A stretch of DNA of 64,000 nt from positions 186 through 64,185 of the forward strand of contig SVSZ01000002.1 in the NCBI GenBank assembly GCA_015064025.1, read 5' to 3'. Shown here piece by piece: positions 63,774 to 64,000 of the stretch (positions are counted from its first letter, which is position 1; each line of letters begins with the position of its first letter). The notes under the pieces were generated by a model, which saw nothing but the letters and a program-made list of their open reading frames with translations, had not been told where the DNA came from and ran no database searches. The position numbers were made by a program, and so were the translations under genes. Source of the stretch: Oscillospiraceae bacterium. GTDB lineage: Bacteria > Bacillota > Clostridia > Oscillospirales > CAG-272.

Positions 63774-64000
63774 ATGCTATCACGTAATCGCCGCTCATAT
63801 TCGGAGAGAAGGCGCTCTCCCCTGCGCATCATCCTCATCACGGTGGCGGCGGCGATCCTTCTCACCGTCATCGTCGGAAATCTTTTGCGCGTAACTCTCG
63901 GTGATGAGGAGCTTCTTGCCCTACAGGAGCTTCCGAAGACGCCGGAGAAGCCCTCGTTTACCTCAAGCGTCAGAAACGTGCATGCCTACACCTATACGCT
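63774..64000 (+). CDS. Hypothetical membrane protein (N-terminal part only; runs off the window)
   Basis: ATG 63774 lies after AAGGAG. The product begins MLSRNRRSYSERRRSPLRIILITVAAAILLTVIV..., a basic N-terminus plus one TM. Confidence 0.5.
   Translation, partial: MLSRNRRSYSERRRSPLRIILITVAAAILLTVIVGNLLRVTLGDEELLALQELPKTPEKPSFTSSVRNVHAYTYT

Overview
This is a 64-kb chromosomal window from a fairly high-GC Firmicutes/Clostridia-type genome, judged from gene order, GGAGG-type ribosome-binding sites and canonical sigma-A promoters. It is mostly housekeeping and carbohydrate or amino-acid metabolism. I support about 60 protein genes, among them:
- two GH-A glycosidases plus a GH42-like enzyme, and two AraC regulators
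- upp and a uracil permease
- rpmG-secE-nusG-rplK-rplA, then serC-serA
- a Cys-type sulfatase with its radical-SAM maturase (anSME)
- comM, a MATE exporter and a CDF exporter
- aspartate kinase and a CPA2 antiporter
- a long conserved minus-strand cluster: hprK / yicC-remA-gmk-rpoZ-priA-def-fmt-ruvX ... rsmB-rlmN ... rsgA

RNA and regulatory features include tRNA-Thr(UGU) and tRNA-Tyr(GUA), several intrinsic terminators, and several TTGACA-17-TATAAT promoters.

The most interesting feature is a complete T-box riboswitch leader at 38346..38614 on the minus strand. Its specifier loop reads GAA-UAC-A, a Tyr codon. It sits in front of a six-gene operon: AMP-dependent CoA ligase, iorA, iorB, a PaaK-type arylacetate-CoA ligase, an ACT-domain protein and a hotdog thioesterase. 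Control by uncharged tRNA-Tyr implies the operon works anabolically, converting an arylacetate to an arylpyruvate and then to Tyr, rather than as a fermentative catabolic pathway.

Other items worth a second look:
- an array of seven variable-stem hairpins with a conserved 8-nt spacer, just downstream of the tRNA genes and next to an orphan Avd-like four-helix-bundle gene in a low-GC islet
- a dispersed family of GC-rich hairpin modules in intergenic regions
- three BspA-type leucine-rich-repeat proteins: one is 1534 aa with four near-identical 138-bp tandem repeats and an orphan copy of its own 3' end upstream, and one has no signal peptide and directly abuts hprK
- a nitrilase-superfamily/GDPD fusion inserted into the conserved fmt-rsmB cluster
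- the lack of the PP2C phosphatase/PASTA kinase pair between rlmN and rsgA
- an unusually long three-TM SecE

I found no CRISPR array, integrase, transposase, prophage or recognisable defence genes.
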